This document shows positions 16,777 to 26,420 of a DNA stretch of 45,034 nt, one piece after another (position 1 is the stretch's first letter; each line of letters starts with the position of its first letter). The stretch is from Ardenticatenales bacterium (GTDB lineage: Bacteria > Chloroflexota > Anaerolineae > Epilineales > Epilineaceae). The notes beneath the pieces were generated by a model. The model saw nothing but the letters and a program-made list of their open reading frames with translations. It did not search any database and was not told the origin of the DNA. Both the position numbers and the translations under genes were made by a program. The stretch is taken from contig JBDTSC010000001.1 in the NCBI GenBank assembly GCA_039931375.1, forward strand, positions 1 to 45,034, given 5' to 3'.

Positions 16777-17469
16777 ATGATTCTTCGCTCAAGCGTGCGC
16801 TCTCGGGATGCGCGGGGGACCGTCGTACCCACCGTCGATCCCGCCGATCAAGCCGCCGCCTTCGAGGGCATCCCCGACGCCGCGCTCGTCGAGCGCGCCC
16901 GCGACGGGGACGCGGCCGCGTTCGCCGGCCTGTACGCCCGCCACCACGTCGTGCTCTACCGAACCGCTCTGGCCATGACCAGCCGCCCGTCGCGGGCCGA
17001 AGAGTTGGTCCAGGACACGTTCCTGCGCGCCTACCGGCACCTCGGTCAGGTGGTGCTCGCGCCGGAGGCTTCGCTCCGACCGTGGCTCCACCGGATCCTG
17101 GTGCATCTGGTCTACGACGACACCGCTCGACGGACGCACCCAACGCAGCCGCTGGAGGCCATGGACGAGCGGTTGCCCGCGCCGAATCAGGCCTCGATCG
17201 AGCGGCGGGTCGAAGCGCGCGAGCTGCGCCGGACGGTGCAGCGCGCGATCGAACAACTGCCCGTCCACCATCAAGAGGTGGTCGTGCTGTTCTATCTGAA
17301 CGATCTGGATGTCGGCGAGATCGCCGACATGCTGGGCGTGCCGCCGGGAACGGTGAAGTCGCGCCTCTTCTATGGCCGAGCTCGGCTCAGAGAACTGCTG
17401 GCCGCCGAGGCGCCGGAGGCCTCGGCCTGGATCGTGGATCTCGAGCCCGCGGGCGTGGCGGCGGGTTGA
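16777..17469 (+). CDS. ECF sigma factor (first copy of tandem paralog pair)
   Basis: ATG 16777 in track ORF 16639..17469. DAALVERARDGDAAAFAGLYARHH, QDTFLRAYRHL, LRPWLHRILVHL, LNDLDVGEIADMLGVPPGTVKSRLFYGRARLRE. Confidence 0.85.
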   Translation: MILRSSVRSRDARGTVVPTVDPADQAAAFEGIPDAALVERARDGDAAAFAGLYARHHVVLYRTALAMTSRPSRAEELVQDTFLRAYRHLGQVVLAPEASLRPWLHRILVHLVYDDTARRTHPTQPLEAMDERLPAPNQASIERRVEARELRRTVQRAIEQLPVHHQEVVVLFYLNDLDVGEIADMLGVPPGTVKSRLFYGRARLRELLAAEAPEASAWIVDLEPAGVAAG

Positions 17470-17526
17470 GCGGACGAACGGACCGTCTTGCGCCCGCCCC
17501 CGCTGGTGACTAGACTCACGCTCACG

Positions 17527-18126
17527 ATGAGCGAACCCACCATCGGTGACGCGGAACTGGTCGCGCACGCCGCCCAGGGCGATGCAGCGGCCTTCGAGGC
17601 GCTGTACCGCCGGCATCACGTCGCGCTCTTCCGCACCGCGCTCGGGATGACGGGCCACGTCGCGTCGGCCGAGGATCTCCTTCAGGACGCGTTCATCCGG
17701 GCCTATCGACACGTCGGCCGCGTCCAACTGGCGGACGGTGCATCGCTGCGGCCGTGGCTGCATCGGATCGTCGTGAACCTGGCCCGCGACCGCGCGGCGC
17801 GCCGCGCGATGGCGACGACGGGCGATCGGGATCTCGAGCGCATCGATGCGGGCTCGATCTCGCCGGAGCGATCGATGGAGCGACGGGAAGTGAACCGAAT
17901 CGTCGCCGAGGCGGTAGACAGGTTGCCGTTCGATCAACGGCTTGTGGTTGTGCTCTTCTACACACAGGACATGGACGTCGCCGAGATCGCCGCGACGCTT
18001 GGCATCCCGCCGGGCACGGTCAAGTCCCGACTCTACTACGGTCGAGCCCGCCTGCGGGCGGCGCTCGCTGAGGACGTTCGAATGGTGGCGCTGCCATCGA
18101 TGGAGCAGGTGTACAACGATGGGTGA
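17527..18126 (+). CDS. ECF sigma factor (second copy of tandem paralog pair)
   Basis: ATG 17527 (MSEPTIGDAELV...). It aligns by eye along its whole length with the preceding sigma (GDAAAFEALYRRHH, QDAFIRAYRHV, LRPWLHRIVVNL, IAATLGIPPGTVKSRLYYGRARLR). Confidence 0.85.
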   Translation: MSEPTIGDAELVAHAAQGDAAAFEALYRRHHVALFRTALGMTGHVASAEDLLQDAFIRAYRHVGRVQLADGASLRPWLHRIVVNLARDRAARRAMATTGDRDLERIDAGSISPERSMERREVNRIVAEAVDRLPFDQRLVVVLFYTQDMDVAEIAATLGIPPGTVKSRLYYGRARLRAALAEDVRMVALPSMEQVYNDG

Positions 18127-18712
18127 GGCGAGGTCTTCACAGGTGCGCCCTTCCGGCGGCGCGACGCGGCATCCGTGGTACGACGACCGTCTCGGTCGCT
18201 CGATGCGCACCGGCTTGGCCGAAGTGCGCGCGGCGCAGCCGTCCGACGACGTGTGGAAGGCGATCGCCGCCGAGCTTGGGCTCCCGGCCGATGCCGCCGC
18301 GGCGGCTGGATTGCCCCAAACATCGCCCAGCTGGCTGGTCCGGCTCGCGCAGCTCTTCGGCCACGGCCGAACGGATCGAACGGTGTTGCTCGCCCGACTG
18401 GCATCCGTTGGCGCGATGGCCGCGGCCGTGTTCGTCGTCGGCCTGAGCCTGGATGTCGTACTGTCGGGCAAGGCCGCGAGCGGGTTGGGGTGGACAACCG
18501 CGGGCCTGCACCAGATCGGCGTTCCGATCGACGAGGCCGCGATCCAGCCTTCGCCACAGAATCGGGCTCCGGCCGACATGTCGGCGGCCCAAACGTGGCC
18601 ACGAACCGGCGGCACGGCGGGCGCAGGTTCAGCCGCGTCCGGTCACACGTCCCCGCTGGCACTCGTGCCTGGCTTTGGCCGCTCGCCCGCGCGCGTCGTT
18701 GTCCCTCGCTAG
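18119..18712 (+). CDS. Single-pass membrane protein, possible non-ZAS anti-sigma factor
   Basis: ATG 18119 overlaps the sigma stop by 8 nt. About 90 cytoplasmic residues, TM VGAMAAAVFVVGLSLDVVL, short low-complexity exterior. No HxxxCxxC motif. The call rests on position only. Confidence 0.45.
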   Translation: MGEARSSQVRPSGGATRHPWYDDRLGRSMRTGLAEVRAAQPSDDVWKAIAAELGLPADAAAAAGLPQTSPSWLVRLAQLFGHGRTDRTVLLARLASVGAMAAAVFVVGLSLDVVLSGKAASGLGWTTAGLHQIGVPIDEAAIQPSPQNRAPADMSAAQTWPRTGGTAGAGSAASGHTSPLALVPGFGRSPARVVVPR

Positions 18713-20507
18713 CGCGGGCCGCCGAGCGCGGGCATCGGCGGCCGTTTCTGAGGATCGGCGGCGCCGTGCCGCCCGGCTTGCCGCGGCCGTGATCACGCTC
18801 GGCGTCGCCTCCGGCTGCGCCGCGTCCGCCCCCCGTGTCAACCCGTCCGCCGCCCCATCGCGGATCGAGGGCGCCGCACCGCCGGCCGCCACCCGAACCG
18901 CGGTTCCGGCCGCACGCGACGGCGGCACGGGAGGGGCGGGCGATGCCCGGGCCGGCGCGGCCGGCGGACCGACGGGAGCGGCGGTGGTCGCGCCTCGGTC
19001 CGGCGGTACGCTGCGGCTGCCCGGTTCGCCGCCCACGACGCTCGACCCGCATCGCGCGCGCGACGTCGTGTCGGCCGAGTACCTGTACGAGATCTACAGC
19101 GGGCTCGTCACGCTGGCCGACGACCTCACGATCGTGCCCGATCTGGCCGAGAAGTGGGACACATCCGCCGACGGGACGGTGTTCACCTTCACCCTGCGCG
19201 CGGGGCGATTCCACGACGGCACGCCGGTCACGTCCGAGGATGTGCGCTGGAGCCTCGAGCGTGCCTGCGATCCAGCGACCGCGCCCGACCTCGCGGGCAC
19301 GTACTTGGGCGATGTCGTCGGCTGCGCTGACAAGCTTGCGGGACGTGCCGAATCGGTGGCCGGCGTCGTCACGCCCGACCCAACGCACGTCGTGTTGCGC
19401 ATCGATGCGCCCAAGGCCTATTTCCTCGCGAAGCTTACCTATCCGACCTCTTTCGTGTTGGATCGGCGACAACTGGAGGCGGACTCCGATTGGGCGAATC
19501 ATCCCATCGGATCCGGGCCGTTCCGGCTGGCGGAGTACGATCCCGATACAAGGCTGCGCCTCGAACGCCACGCCGGATTCCACGGCGCGCGCCCCTGGCT
19601 GGACGCGGTCGAATACGACCTCCGGCCGCTCGATCCGGTGACGCGTTTCGAGAACGGCGAGCTCGACGCGGCGCCGGTCGGATCGTCCGATCTGGCGCGG
19701 GTACAGGACCCGCTCAATGCCCTGTCGCGGCTCGTCGTCCAGGGTCCGGGGGACCTCGGCGTCAGCTACATCGGCTTCGACACGAACCTGCCGCCGTTCG
19801 ACGACGTGCACGTCCGCCGCGCCTTCAGCCTGGCGGTCGACAAAGAGCGGATCGCGTCGATCGTGCTCGGCGGCGCGGTGCGCCCCGTGGACACGATCCT
19901 GCCGCCGGGCATGCCGGGCTTCGATCCATTGCGCAGCCCGCTGCGGCATGCGCCGGCCGATGGCCCACGCTTGGCACGCGCCGAGCTCGCCGCGTCCCGC
20001 TACGCCGCCGGCCTGCCCCCGATCACGATCACCGCCAGCGGCGGCGGCGGCAACAGCCCTTCGACGCTGGCCGTGGTCGAGCGATGGCGCACGGTGCTCG
20101 GCGCGAACGTCACGGTGGAGCAAACGCCTTGGGACACCTTCCAGTCGGAGGTCGACGGCGGCGCCTACCAGGCGTGGGTTCTCGGTTGGGTGGCCGACTA
20201 CCCGGATCCGCAGAACTTCCTCGACGTCCTCTTCCACAGCGGCAGCCCGCTGAACGCGACACACTACCGCAACGCCGACGTCGATCGATGGCTCGAGGCC
20301 GCCCGTACGGAGGCGACCGTTGATCGGCGCCTCGATTTGTATGGCCGGGCGGAGGCGCAGATCCTCAGCGACGCGCCATGGCTGCCCTTGATGTCCGGCA
20401 TCGAGACATGGCTCGTGTCACCCGCCGTGCACGGCTTCACCGTTCCGCCCATCGTCGTGCAGCGCCTGGGACGGATCTGGATCGCGCCGGCGGTGGGTTC
20501 ACGGTGA
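18699..20507 (+). CDS. ABC transporter substrate-binding lipoprotein, family 5 (peptide/nickel, OppA/DppA-like)
   Basis: No in-frame ATG near the N-terminus. TTG 18699 (or 18675) gives ...RRRRAARLAAAVITLGVASGC, an Arg-rich signal plus lipobox. Core: LDPHRA...YEIYSGLV...LAEKWDTSADGTVFTFTLR....FHDGTPVTSEDV. Confidence 0.75.
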   Translation: MSLASAGRRARASAAVSEDRRRRAARLAAAVITLGVASGCAASAPRVNPSAAPSRIEGAAPPAATRTAVPAARDGGTGGAGDARAGAAGGPTGAAVVAPRSGGTLRLPGSPPTTLDPHRARDVVSAEYLYEIYSGLVTLADDLTIVPDLAEKWDTSADGTVFTFTLRAGRFHDGTPVTSEDVRWSLERACDPATAPDLAGTYLGDVVGCADKLAGRAESVAGVVTPDPTHVVLRIDAPKAYFLAKLTYPTSFVLDRRQLEADSDWANHPIGSGPFRLAEYDPDTRLRLERHAGFHGARPWLDAVEYDLRPLDPVTRFENGELDAAPVGSSDLARVQDPLNALSRLVVQGPGDLGVSYIGFDTNLPPFDDVHVRRAFSLAVDKERIASIVLGGAVRPVDTILPPGMPGFDPLRSPLRHAPADGPRLARAELAASRYAAGLPPITITASGGGGNSPSTLAVVERWRTVLGANVTVEQTPWDTFQSEVDGGAYQAWVLGWVADYPDPQNFLDVLFHSGSPLNATHYRNADVDRWLEAARTEATVDRRLDLYGRAEAQILSDAPWLPLMSGIETWLVSPAVHGFTVPPIVVQRLGRIWIAPAVGSR

Positions 20508-20530
20508 ACCGGTAGCTCCCTTCCGTCGTT
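20505..20530 (+). promoter_or_regulatory. Third exact copy of TGAACC-N16-CGTT, ECF-type promoter candidate upstream of the ABC importer
   Basis: TGAACC 20505-20510 (its TGA is the stop codon of the preceding SBP), CGTT 20527-20530. A degenerate copy TGAACC-N16-TACG follows at 20530-20555. Confidence 0.35.
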
Positions 20531-20605
20531 GAACCGCACGATCCGTATTGATACGGAAGGGGCGGGCGCGAAGCGCAGCACGTGATCGACAGTCTACAAG
20601 TCCGG

Positions 20606-20633
20606 TTGACGGTCCGACACGTCATGTTACAAT
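20606..20633 (+). promoter_or_regulatory. Housekeeping-type promoter candidate TTGACG-N16-TACAAT with TGn extended -10
   Basis: -35 at 20606-20611, TGT at 20625-20627, -10 at 20628-20633. This implies a ~150-nt leader before the SBP GTG at 20789. Confidence 0.45.
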
Positions 20634-20788
20634 GGCGTGGCGCGAGAGGGTCTCGATCCCTCCGGCCCGTCGCACCTTCGGACCGGAACGTGAGATCTCG
20701 AGCGTGCGGTGCGGACCAGCGGACGGCAATCCTTTCCCCCGTCCCGTCACCCACCGACCCAGTCGGAAGACCAGGAGGAGAACGCAAC

Positions 20789-22813
20789 GTGAAGACCCCT
20801 ATTGCAAGCAAACGGCTTGCCCTTGCCCTCGGCATGGCGATGACAGGCCTGCTCGTGGCCTGCACACCGCCGTCGTCGAGCGATGGTGGCGATGATCAGG
20901 CCGCGGGCGGCGATCAGGCCGCCGTGGTCACCAATACCGGTGCCACCCCGGCCATGACCGAGACCGCCCCGGCGGCGGAAACCACCAGCTCGGTGGACGT
21001 CATGGCATACGACAAGACCGCCACCAAAGGGCAGGACGGCACCTTGGTCATCGGCCAAGCGCAGGAGCCGGACTCGCTCTACATGCACGGCGCGACGATG
21101 CTCGCCTCGACGCACGTCCTGAACTCGCTGTACGACGGTCCGATCGAGGGCCTTTCGTACGACTACCAGGCCGTGACCGTCAAGGCGCTGCCGAAGATCG
21201 AGAACAACGACGGCTCTGCCACGATGGCCACGGTCAGCGTCGAGGCCGGCGACAAGTACGTCGACGCGACGACCCAGGAGGTCACCACGGCCACCGCCAA
21301 GGTCGAGAACCTCGGCCAGCTGACGGTCAAGTGGACGTTCGTCGACGGGCTGACGTGGCAGGACGGGACGCCCGTGACGGCGGAGGATTCGGTCTGGAGC
21401 CAGAAGTTGGCCTGTGACCTCGATTCCCCGACCAGCAAGTTCCTGTGCGATCGATCGGTGAGCTACACGGCCGTCGACGATCACACCGTGCAGTGGGTCA
21501 GCCTGCCAGGCTACACGCCGCAGGACTACTTCACCGACATCTACACGCCGCTGCCGCGCCAGCAGCCGGGCGCCGGCGGCAAGCCGATGTCCGACATGAC
21601 GGCGAAGGAGATCCTCGAGGACACGGAGTTCAACCGCAAGCCGTGGTCGTACGGTCCCTTCAAGATCGAGGAGTGGTCGGACGGCGACTTCATCAAGCTC
21701 ACGCGCAACGAGCACTACTGGCGCGCATCCGAGGGCTTGCCGATCCTCGACACGGTGATCCACAAGTTCATCAAGGACTCGAACGCCCTTCTCGCGGCTC
21801 TTCGCACCGGCGACATCGACGTGGCGACGCAGGACGGCCTCGACATTACGATGTTCGACGACCTCGAGACGGCCCAGACGGCGGGTGACGTCACGCCGTA
21901 CTACGTGCCCGGCACGGTCTGGGAGCACATCGACTTCAACCTCCAGCCGCTCGACGACCGCCCGGCGTTCGGCGCCTGCAGTGCCGTTCGCCAGGCGATC
22001 GCCTTCGGTACGGATCGCGCCACGATGGCGGACGAGATCCAGAAGGGCAAGACCACCGTCGCCGATACGATCATGCCGCCGGAGCACTGGGCGTATCCGC
22101 CCGAGGGCATGCTCACGAAGTATCCGTACGACAAGAACAAGGCCAATGAACTGCTGGACGGCGCCGGGTTCAAGGACGATGACAACAACCCCAACACGCC
22201 GCGCGTCGCCGAGAAGGACATCACCTGCACGGTCGTGACCGACGTGAACGGCACGACGGCGGACAAGGTCATCAAGGCCGGCACGCCGCTCGAGCTGAAG
22301 CTCAACACCACCAAGGGCAACACGATGCGCGAGGCGACGACGCTGCTCTTCCAGCAGAACATGTCGGACATCGGCGTCAAGGTGAACCTTGAGTATCTGC
22401 CCGCCGACACGCTCTTCGCCAAGAACGAAGAAGGCCCGCTGACCGGTCGCCGGTACGACCTTGGCGAGTTCGCGTGGGTGTCCGGCGTGTCGCCGAGCGT
22501 CGGACTCTACTGGTGTGATCAGATCCCGAGCCCGGAGAACAGCTGGGCCGGTCAGAACAACCCCGGCTACTGCAACCCGCAGTACGACAAGGTTTCGAAG
22601 ACCGCCGACAACACGCTGGAGCGCGCGGACGCGCTGCCGATGTATCACGAGGCCCAGAAGATCTTCAGCCAGGAGCTTCCGGTGCTGCCGTTGTTCGCCC
22701 GCGTCAAGGTCATGGCCACGAAGCCCGAGGTCATGAACTTCAAGCCCAACGCGACGGTGAGCAGCGAGACGTGGAACATCGAGACGTGGGGCTTCGCCCC
22801 GACCACCCCGTAG
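20789..22813 (+). CDS. ABC transporter substrate-binding lipoprotein, family 5 (oligopeptide/dipeptide type)
   Basis: GTG 20789 with AGGAGGAG at 20773-20780. Signal plus lipobox KRLALALGMAMTGLLVAC, acidic/Thr-rich linker, then the SBP_bac_5 core (WTFVDGLTWQDGTPVTAEDSVWS, GPFKIEEWSDGDFIKLTRNEHYW, WEHIDFN). Confidence 0.85.
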   Translation: MKTPIASKRLALALGMAMTGLLVACTPPSSSDGGDDQAAGGDQAAVVTNTGATPAMTETAPAAETTSSVDVMAYDKTATKGQDGTLVIGQAQEPDSLYMHGATMLASTHVLNSLYDGPIEGLSYDYQAVTVKALPKIENNDGSATMATVSVEAGDKYVDATTQEVTTATAKVENLGQLTVKWTFVDGLTWQDGTPVTAEDSVWSQKLACDLDSPTSKFLCDRSVSYTAVDDHTVQWVSLPGYTPQDYFTDIYTPLPRQQPGAGGKPMSDMTAKEILEDTEFNRKPWSYGPFKIEEWSDGDFIKLTRNEHYWRASEGLPILDTVIHKFIKDSNALLAALRTGDIDVATQDGLDITMFDDLETAQTAGDVTPYYVPGTVWEHIDFNLQPLDDRPAFGACSAVRQAIAFGTDRATMADEIQKGKTTVADTIMPPEHWAYPPEGMLTKYPYDKNKANELLDGAGFKDDDNNPNTPRVAEKDITCTVVTDVNGTTADKVIKAGTPLELKLNTTKGNTMREATTLLFQQNMSDIGVKVNLEYLPADTLFAKNEEGPLTGRRYDLGEFAWVSGVSPSVGLYWCDQIPSPENSWAGQNNPGYCNPQYDKVSKTADNTLERADALPMYHEAQKIFSQELPVLPLFARVKVMATKPEVMNFKPNATVSSETWNIETWGFAPTTP

Positions 22814-23001
22814 TCCGTTCGGTGCGGTCGTTGATCTCCTAGAGACGCGATCCGCGCCGCTGTAGGGTCACCCTTACCGATGCGAGCCACGCTGGGCCGG
22901 CGCCACGCCAGGTGCCGGCCCAGCGTGCTCCCAGCGACCGGCATCGGTACCCGTCGTGCCCGGTAACTTTCAGCCGATGGATAGGGGAAGGGAACCAACC
23001 G

Positions 23002-24072
23002 ATGACCGCATATCTGATCCGCCGGTTCATCCAGATGTTCATCGTCCTGATCGTCTCGTCGATGGCCATCTACACGCTGCTCAACCTGGTCCCTGGAGGC
23101 CCCTTCGACGGATTGCTCCAGAATTCGGACCGCAAGACGCAGATCACGGCGGAGCAGATCAAGCGGATGGAGACGATGCTCGGCCTCGACAAGCCACCCG
23201 CGATCCGCTTCATCGCCTGGGCCACCGGAGATGACTGGATGGGGGTTCTCAACAAGGACTGGAAGGGCACGGGGCGAGGGGTGATCCGCGGCGATTTTGG
23301 GCAATCGTTCAAGGAGCACCGCCCGGTGATCGACATGATCGCCGGGAGGATCAAGAAGACGGTGATCTTGGCCGGCCTGTCCGCTTTCCTGGCGATCATC
23401 ATTGCGATCCCGATCGGGATCTTCTCCGCGGTGCGCCAATATTCGAAGGCCGACTATGCCGTGACGCTGTTCACGTTCATCGGCACGGCCCTGCCGTCCT
23501 TCTGGTTCGCGTTGATGGCCATCGTGCTGTTCGGCATCAAGTTTCAGCAGTGGGGGATCCCGAAGCTGCCGACCAAAGGCTGGATGGAGCCGAGAGCGCC
23601 CAGACCGGGCACGCTCACCCATCTGCTCGGCGTGACCCCTGGCTCCAATTTCGACGTCTTTCTCCACCTCCTCCTCCCGGTCGCGGTCTTTAGCCTGCTG
23701 CAGATGGCGGGGTGGACTCGCTTCATGCGCTCTAGCATGCTCGAGGTGCTGCAACAGGACTACGTACGCACGGCTCGATCCAAGGGTCTGGCGGAACGGT
23801 TCGTAGTCGTCAAGCACGCCCTTCGAAACGCGCTCATCCCGCTCGTGACGATCGTCACATTCGAGCTGCCCGGGCTGTTCGGCGGCACGATCCTGCTCGA
23901 GCAGATCTTCGCGATCCCCGGCATGGGCAACCTGTACTACTCGGGCCTGAGTGAATTCGACTGGCCCGTCGTCCAGGCGTACCTCCTGATCGCAGCCGTG
24001 CTGACCGTCATGGCCACGTTGTTGAGCGACATCTTATATACCGTCGTCGATCCGCGGATCCGGCTGGGCTAG
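23002..24072 (+). CDS. ABC transporter permease (OppB/DppB type)
   Basis: MTAYLIRRFIQMFIVLIVSSMAIYTLLNLVPGGP is the canonical N-terminus. The EAA-loop region is DYVRTARSKGLAERFVVVKHALRNALIPLVT. Confidence 0.9.
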   Translation: MTAYLIRRFIQMFIVLIVSSMAIYTLLNLVPGGPFDGLLQNSDRKTQITAEQIKRMETMLGLDKPPAIRFIAWATGDDWMGVLNKDWKGTGRGVIRGDFGQSFKEHRPVIDMIAGRIKKTVILAGLSAFLAIIIAIPIGIFSAVRQYSKADYAVTLFTFIGTALPSFWFALMAIVLFGIKFQQWGIPKLPTKGWMEPRAPRPGTLTHLLGVTPGSNFDVFLHLLLPVAVFSLLQMAGWTRFMRSSMLEVLQQDYVRTARSKGLAERFVVVKHALRNALIPLVTIVTFELPGLFGGTILLEQIFAIPGMGNLYYSGLSEFDWPVVQAYLLIAAVLTVMATLLSDILYTVVDPRIRLG

Positions 24073-24144
24073 CGACGGTGCGGTAGGGCTGCGCAGGCGC
24101 GGGTCCGCTGCATTAGCGCGCGGGGAAATCAGAGGGGGGTTCAG

Positions 24145-25194
24145 ATGGCTGTTGCAGAGCTGACGTTCGGCAGGGAAGAGTTGGCGGCGGCACAGGACGA
24201 ATCGCAGGCGGCGATGGTCTGGCGGCGCTTTCGCCGGCACAAGCTGGCCCTCATCGGGCTGATCATCGCGACGGCGCTCGCGCTGTTGTGCTTTATCGGG
24301 CCGATCGTGTCGCCGTACGCCGCGAACAAGATCGAGACGGGCGGGGCGGCCTACTCGGGGTTGAACCGCTTGCCGCCCGGCTCCAAGGTGACGTTGCTCT
24401 GGGACTATGGTGACCCGGCAACGGTCCACGACGATCGAATCTCCAAAGTCGCTACCGGGTGGGTCGCGAGCACGGCGCCGGGAATCACGGCCGAACATCG
24501 ACTGTACGTCCTTGGAACCGACGACAACGGGCGGGACACCTTGACCCGTCTGATGCAGGGTGGCCGCGTTTCGCTGTCGCTTGCGCTCATCGTCGTCTTC
24601 GTCTCGCAGATCCTGGGCACCGTGATCGGAGCGATCAGCGGCTACTTCGGGGGCTGGACGGACAGCGTGCTCATGCGGGCCGTCGACTTCCTTCTGACGT
24701 TGCCATCGCTCCCCATCTTCATGGTCCTGTCCGTCGTGCTGCGCGAGCGAAACATCCCCGGTGGGTCCGTCGGGGTGCTGGCGGTCGTGTTCATCCTCCT
24801 GGGTTGGACGGGCGCGGCGCGCCTTGTGCGGGGCATGGTGCTCTCGCTGAAGAATCAGGAGTTCACGGAGGCGGCGCGCGCGATGGGCGCCTCGGACATG
24901 CGGATTATCCTCCGTCACCTCATTCCTAACGCCATCGCGCCTGTGCTCGTCTCGGCGACCCTGTTCATCGGCGCCGTGGTGGTTGGAGAAGCGGGATTGA
25001 GCTACTTGGGCTTTGGCGTTCAGGCGCCCAATCCCAGCTGGGGCAACATGCTCTCCAATGCCCAGCAGCTGATCCTCAGTCAGCCTTGGGCGGTCTTCTA
25101 TCCGGGCATGGCGATCTTCCTCACCAGCCTGAGCTTCAACTTCATGGGCGATGCGCTTCGCGACGCCCTCGATCCGCGCGGACAGATCAAGTAA
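24145..25194 (+). CDS. ABC transporter permease (OppC/DppC type)
   Basis: WRRFRRHKLALIGLIIA, LGTDDNGRDTLTRLMQGGRVSL, EFTEAARAMGASDMRIILRHLIPNAIAPVLV. Confidence 0.9.
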   Translation: MAVAELTFGREELAAAQDESQAAMVWRRFRRHKLALIGLIIATALALLCFIGPIVSPYAANKIETGGAAYSGLNRLPPGSKVTLLWDYGDPATVHDDRISKVATGWVASTAPGITAEHRLYVLGTDDNGRDTLTRLMQGGRVSLSLALIVVFVSQILGTVIGAISGYFGGWTDSVLMRAVDFLLTLPSLPIFMVLSVVLRERNIPGGSVGVLAVVFILLGWTGAARLVRGMVLSLKNQEFTEAARAMGASDMRIILRHLIPNAIAPVLVSATLFIGAVVVGEAGLSYLGFGVQAPNPSWGNMLSNAQQLILSQPWAVFYPGMAIFLTSLSFNFMGDALRDALDPRGQIK

Positions 25195-25273
25195 ACTGCT
25201 TTCGCTGCGGACCGCGGCCTGTGCAAGCCGCGCCTTCGCGAGGACCGGCCGCCACGCAGAATCGGGGTACATC

Positions 25274-26347
25274 TTGACCAAGAACGGGACGGAGCAGGAC
25301 ACCCTGCTCGAGATTCAAGGCCTCAAGACCTACTTCTTCACCGAAGAGGGTGTCGTGCGCGCCGTCGATGGCGTCGACATCTCGGTGAAGCGAGGCGAAA
25401 CGCTCGGCGTGGTGGGCGAGTCCGGCTGCGGGAAGAGCGTGACGATGTTCTCCGTCATGCAGCTCGTGGGACACCCCGGCCGCATCGTCGAAGGCAAGGT
25501 CATGTTCGACGGGCGGGACCTTCTGAAGGCCAGCCCGCGCGAAATGCAGGATCTGCGCGGCAACCGGATCTCGATGATCTTCCAGCAACCGCTGTCCAGC
25601 CTGAACCCGGTCTTCCGCATCGGCGACCAGGTGGCCGAGGTGTTCGAGATCCATCAGGGCATGTCAAGAGAGGACGCCCGCGCCCGGGCGATCGACATGC
25701 TCACCACCGTCGGCATCGCCGACGCCCCTCGCAAGTCAAAGGCCTTCCCCCACGAGATCTCGGGCGGTCAGGCCCAACGCGTGATGATCGCGATGGCGCT
25801 CGCCACCCAGCCCGAGCTGCTCATCGCGGACGAGCCGACCACGGCGCTCGACGTAACGATCCAGGCGCAGATCCTCGACCTCATGCGCGCGCTGCGAAAA
25901 GACACAAACGCTGCGATCATCTTCATCACCCACGACCTCGGCGTCGTGGCCGAGATGGCCGAAAACGTGGCCGTGATGTACGGCGGGCAGATCGTCGAGT
26001 ATACGGACGTCTTTACGCTCTTCCGGTCCCCCAAGCACCCATACACGGTCGGCCTTCTCGAGTCGATCCCCGTCCTGGGCGATCACCGTACCCGCCTGGC
26101 CGTGATTCCGGGCACGGTGCCGAGCCTGATCGACCTGCCCCCGGGCTGCCGATTCGCCGGCCGGTGCGCGGCGCGGATCGAGTACCAATTGGCGATATGC
26201 ACCGCCGTCGACCCCGACCTCTTGCCGGTCGAGGAGGACCACGTCGTGCGCTGTTGGCTATACCACGATCATCCGCCGAGCGACCACAAGGCGCCTTTGG
26301 CGACCGGTCGCTCGTCCGACGAAGCGGCTCGCCGGTGGGCGCCCTGA
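25274..26347 (+). CDS. ABC transporter ATP-binding protein (OppD/DppD type)
   Basis: TTG 25274 is the only in-frame start near [11 protein letters not shown]. Walker A GESGCGKS, signature ISGGQAQRV, Walker [14 protein letters not shown]-terminal oligopeptide-type extension with Cys residues. Confidence 0.85.
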   Translation: MTKNGTEQDTLLEIQGLKTYFFTEEGVVRAVDGVDISVKRGETLGVVGESGCGKSVTMFSVMQLVGHPGRIVEGKVMFDGRDLLKASPREMQDLRGNRISMIFQQPLSSLNPVFRIGDQVAEVFEIHQGMSREDARARAIDMLTTVGIADAPRKSKAFPHEISGGQAQRVMIAMALATQPELLIADEPTTALDVTIQAQILDLMRALRKDTNAAIIFITHDLGVVAEMAENVAVMYGGQIVEYTDVFTLFRSPKHPYTVGLLESIPVLGDHRTRLAVIPGTVPSLIDLPPGCRFAGRCAARIEYQLAICTAVDPDLLPVEEDHVVRCWLYHDHPPSDHKAPLATGRSSDEAARRWAP

Positions 26348-26420
26348 GCGCTCCCGCTCGCATCGCCCACCGCCCGACCCGAGCCGACCAAGAACCCTGA
26401 CCGCAAGTTGGAGCGAGGAT

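Noticed and set aside
18036-20264. 742-aa minus-strand ORF. Similar long antisense ORFs occur at 8583..9890, 10658..11719, 20747..22648, 26013..27137, 29661..30776, 30341..31741 and 42744..44174.
   Set aside because: All lie opposite genes with unambiguous family motifs and translate to low-complexity Arg/Pro/Gly/Ala strings. They are an artefact of GC3 bias, which suppresses stop codons.
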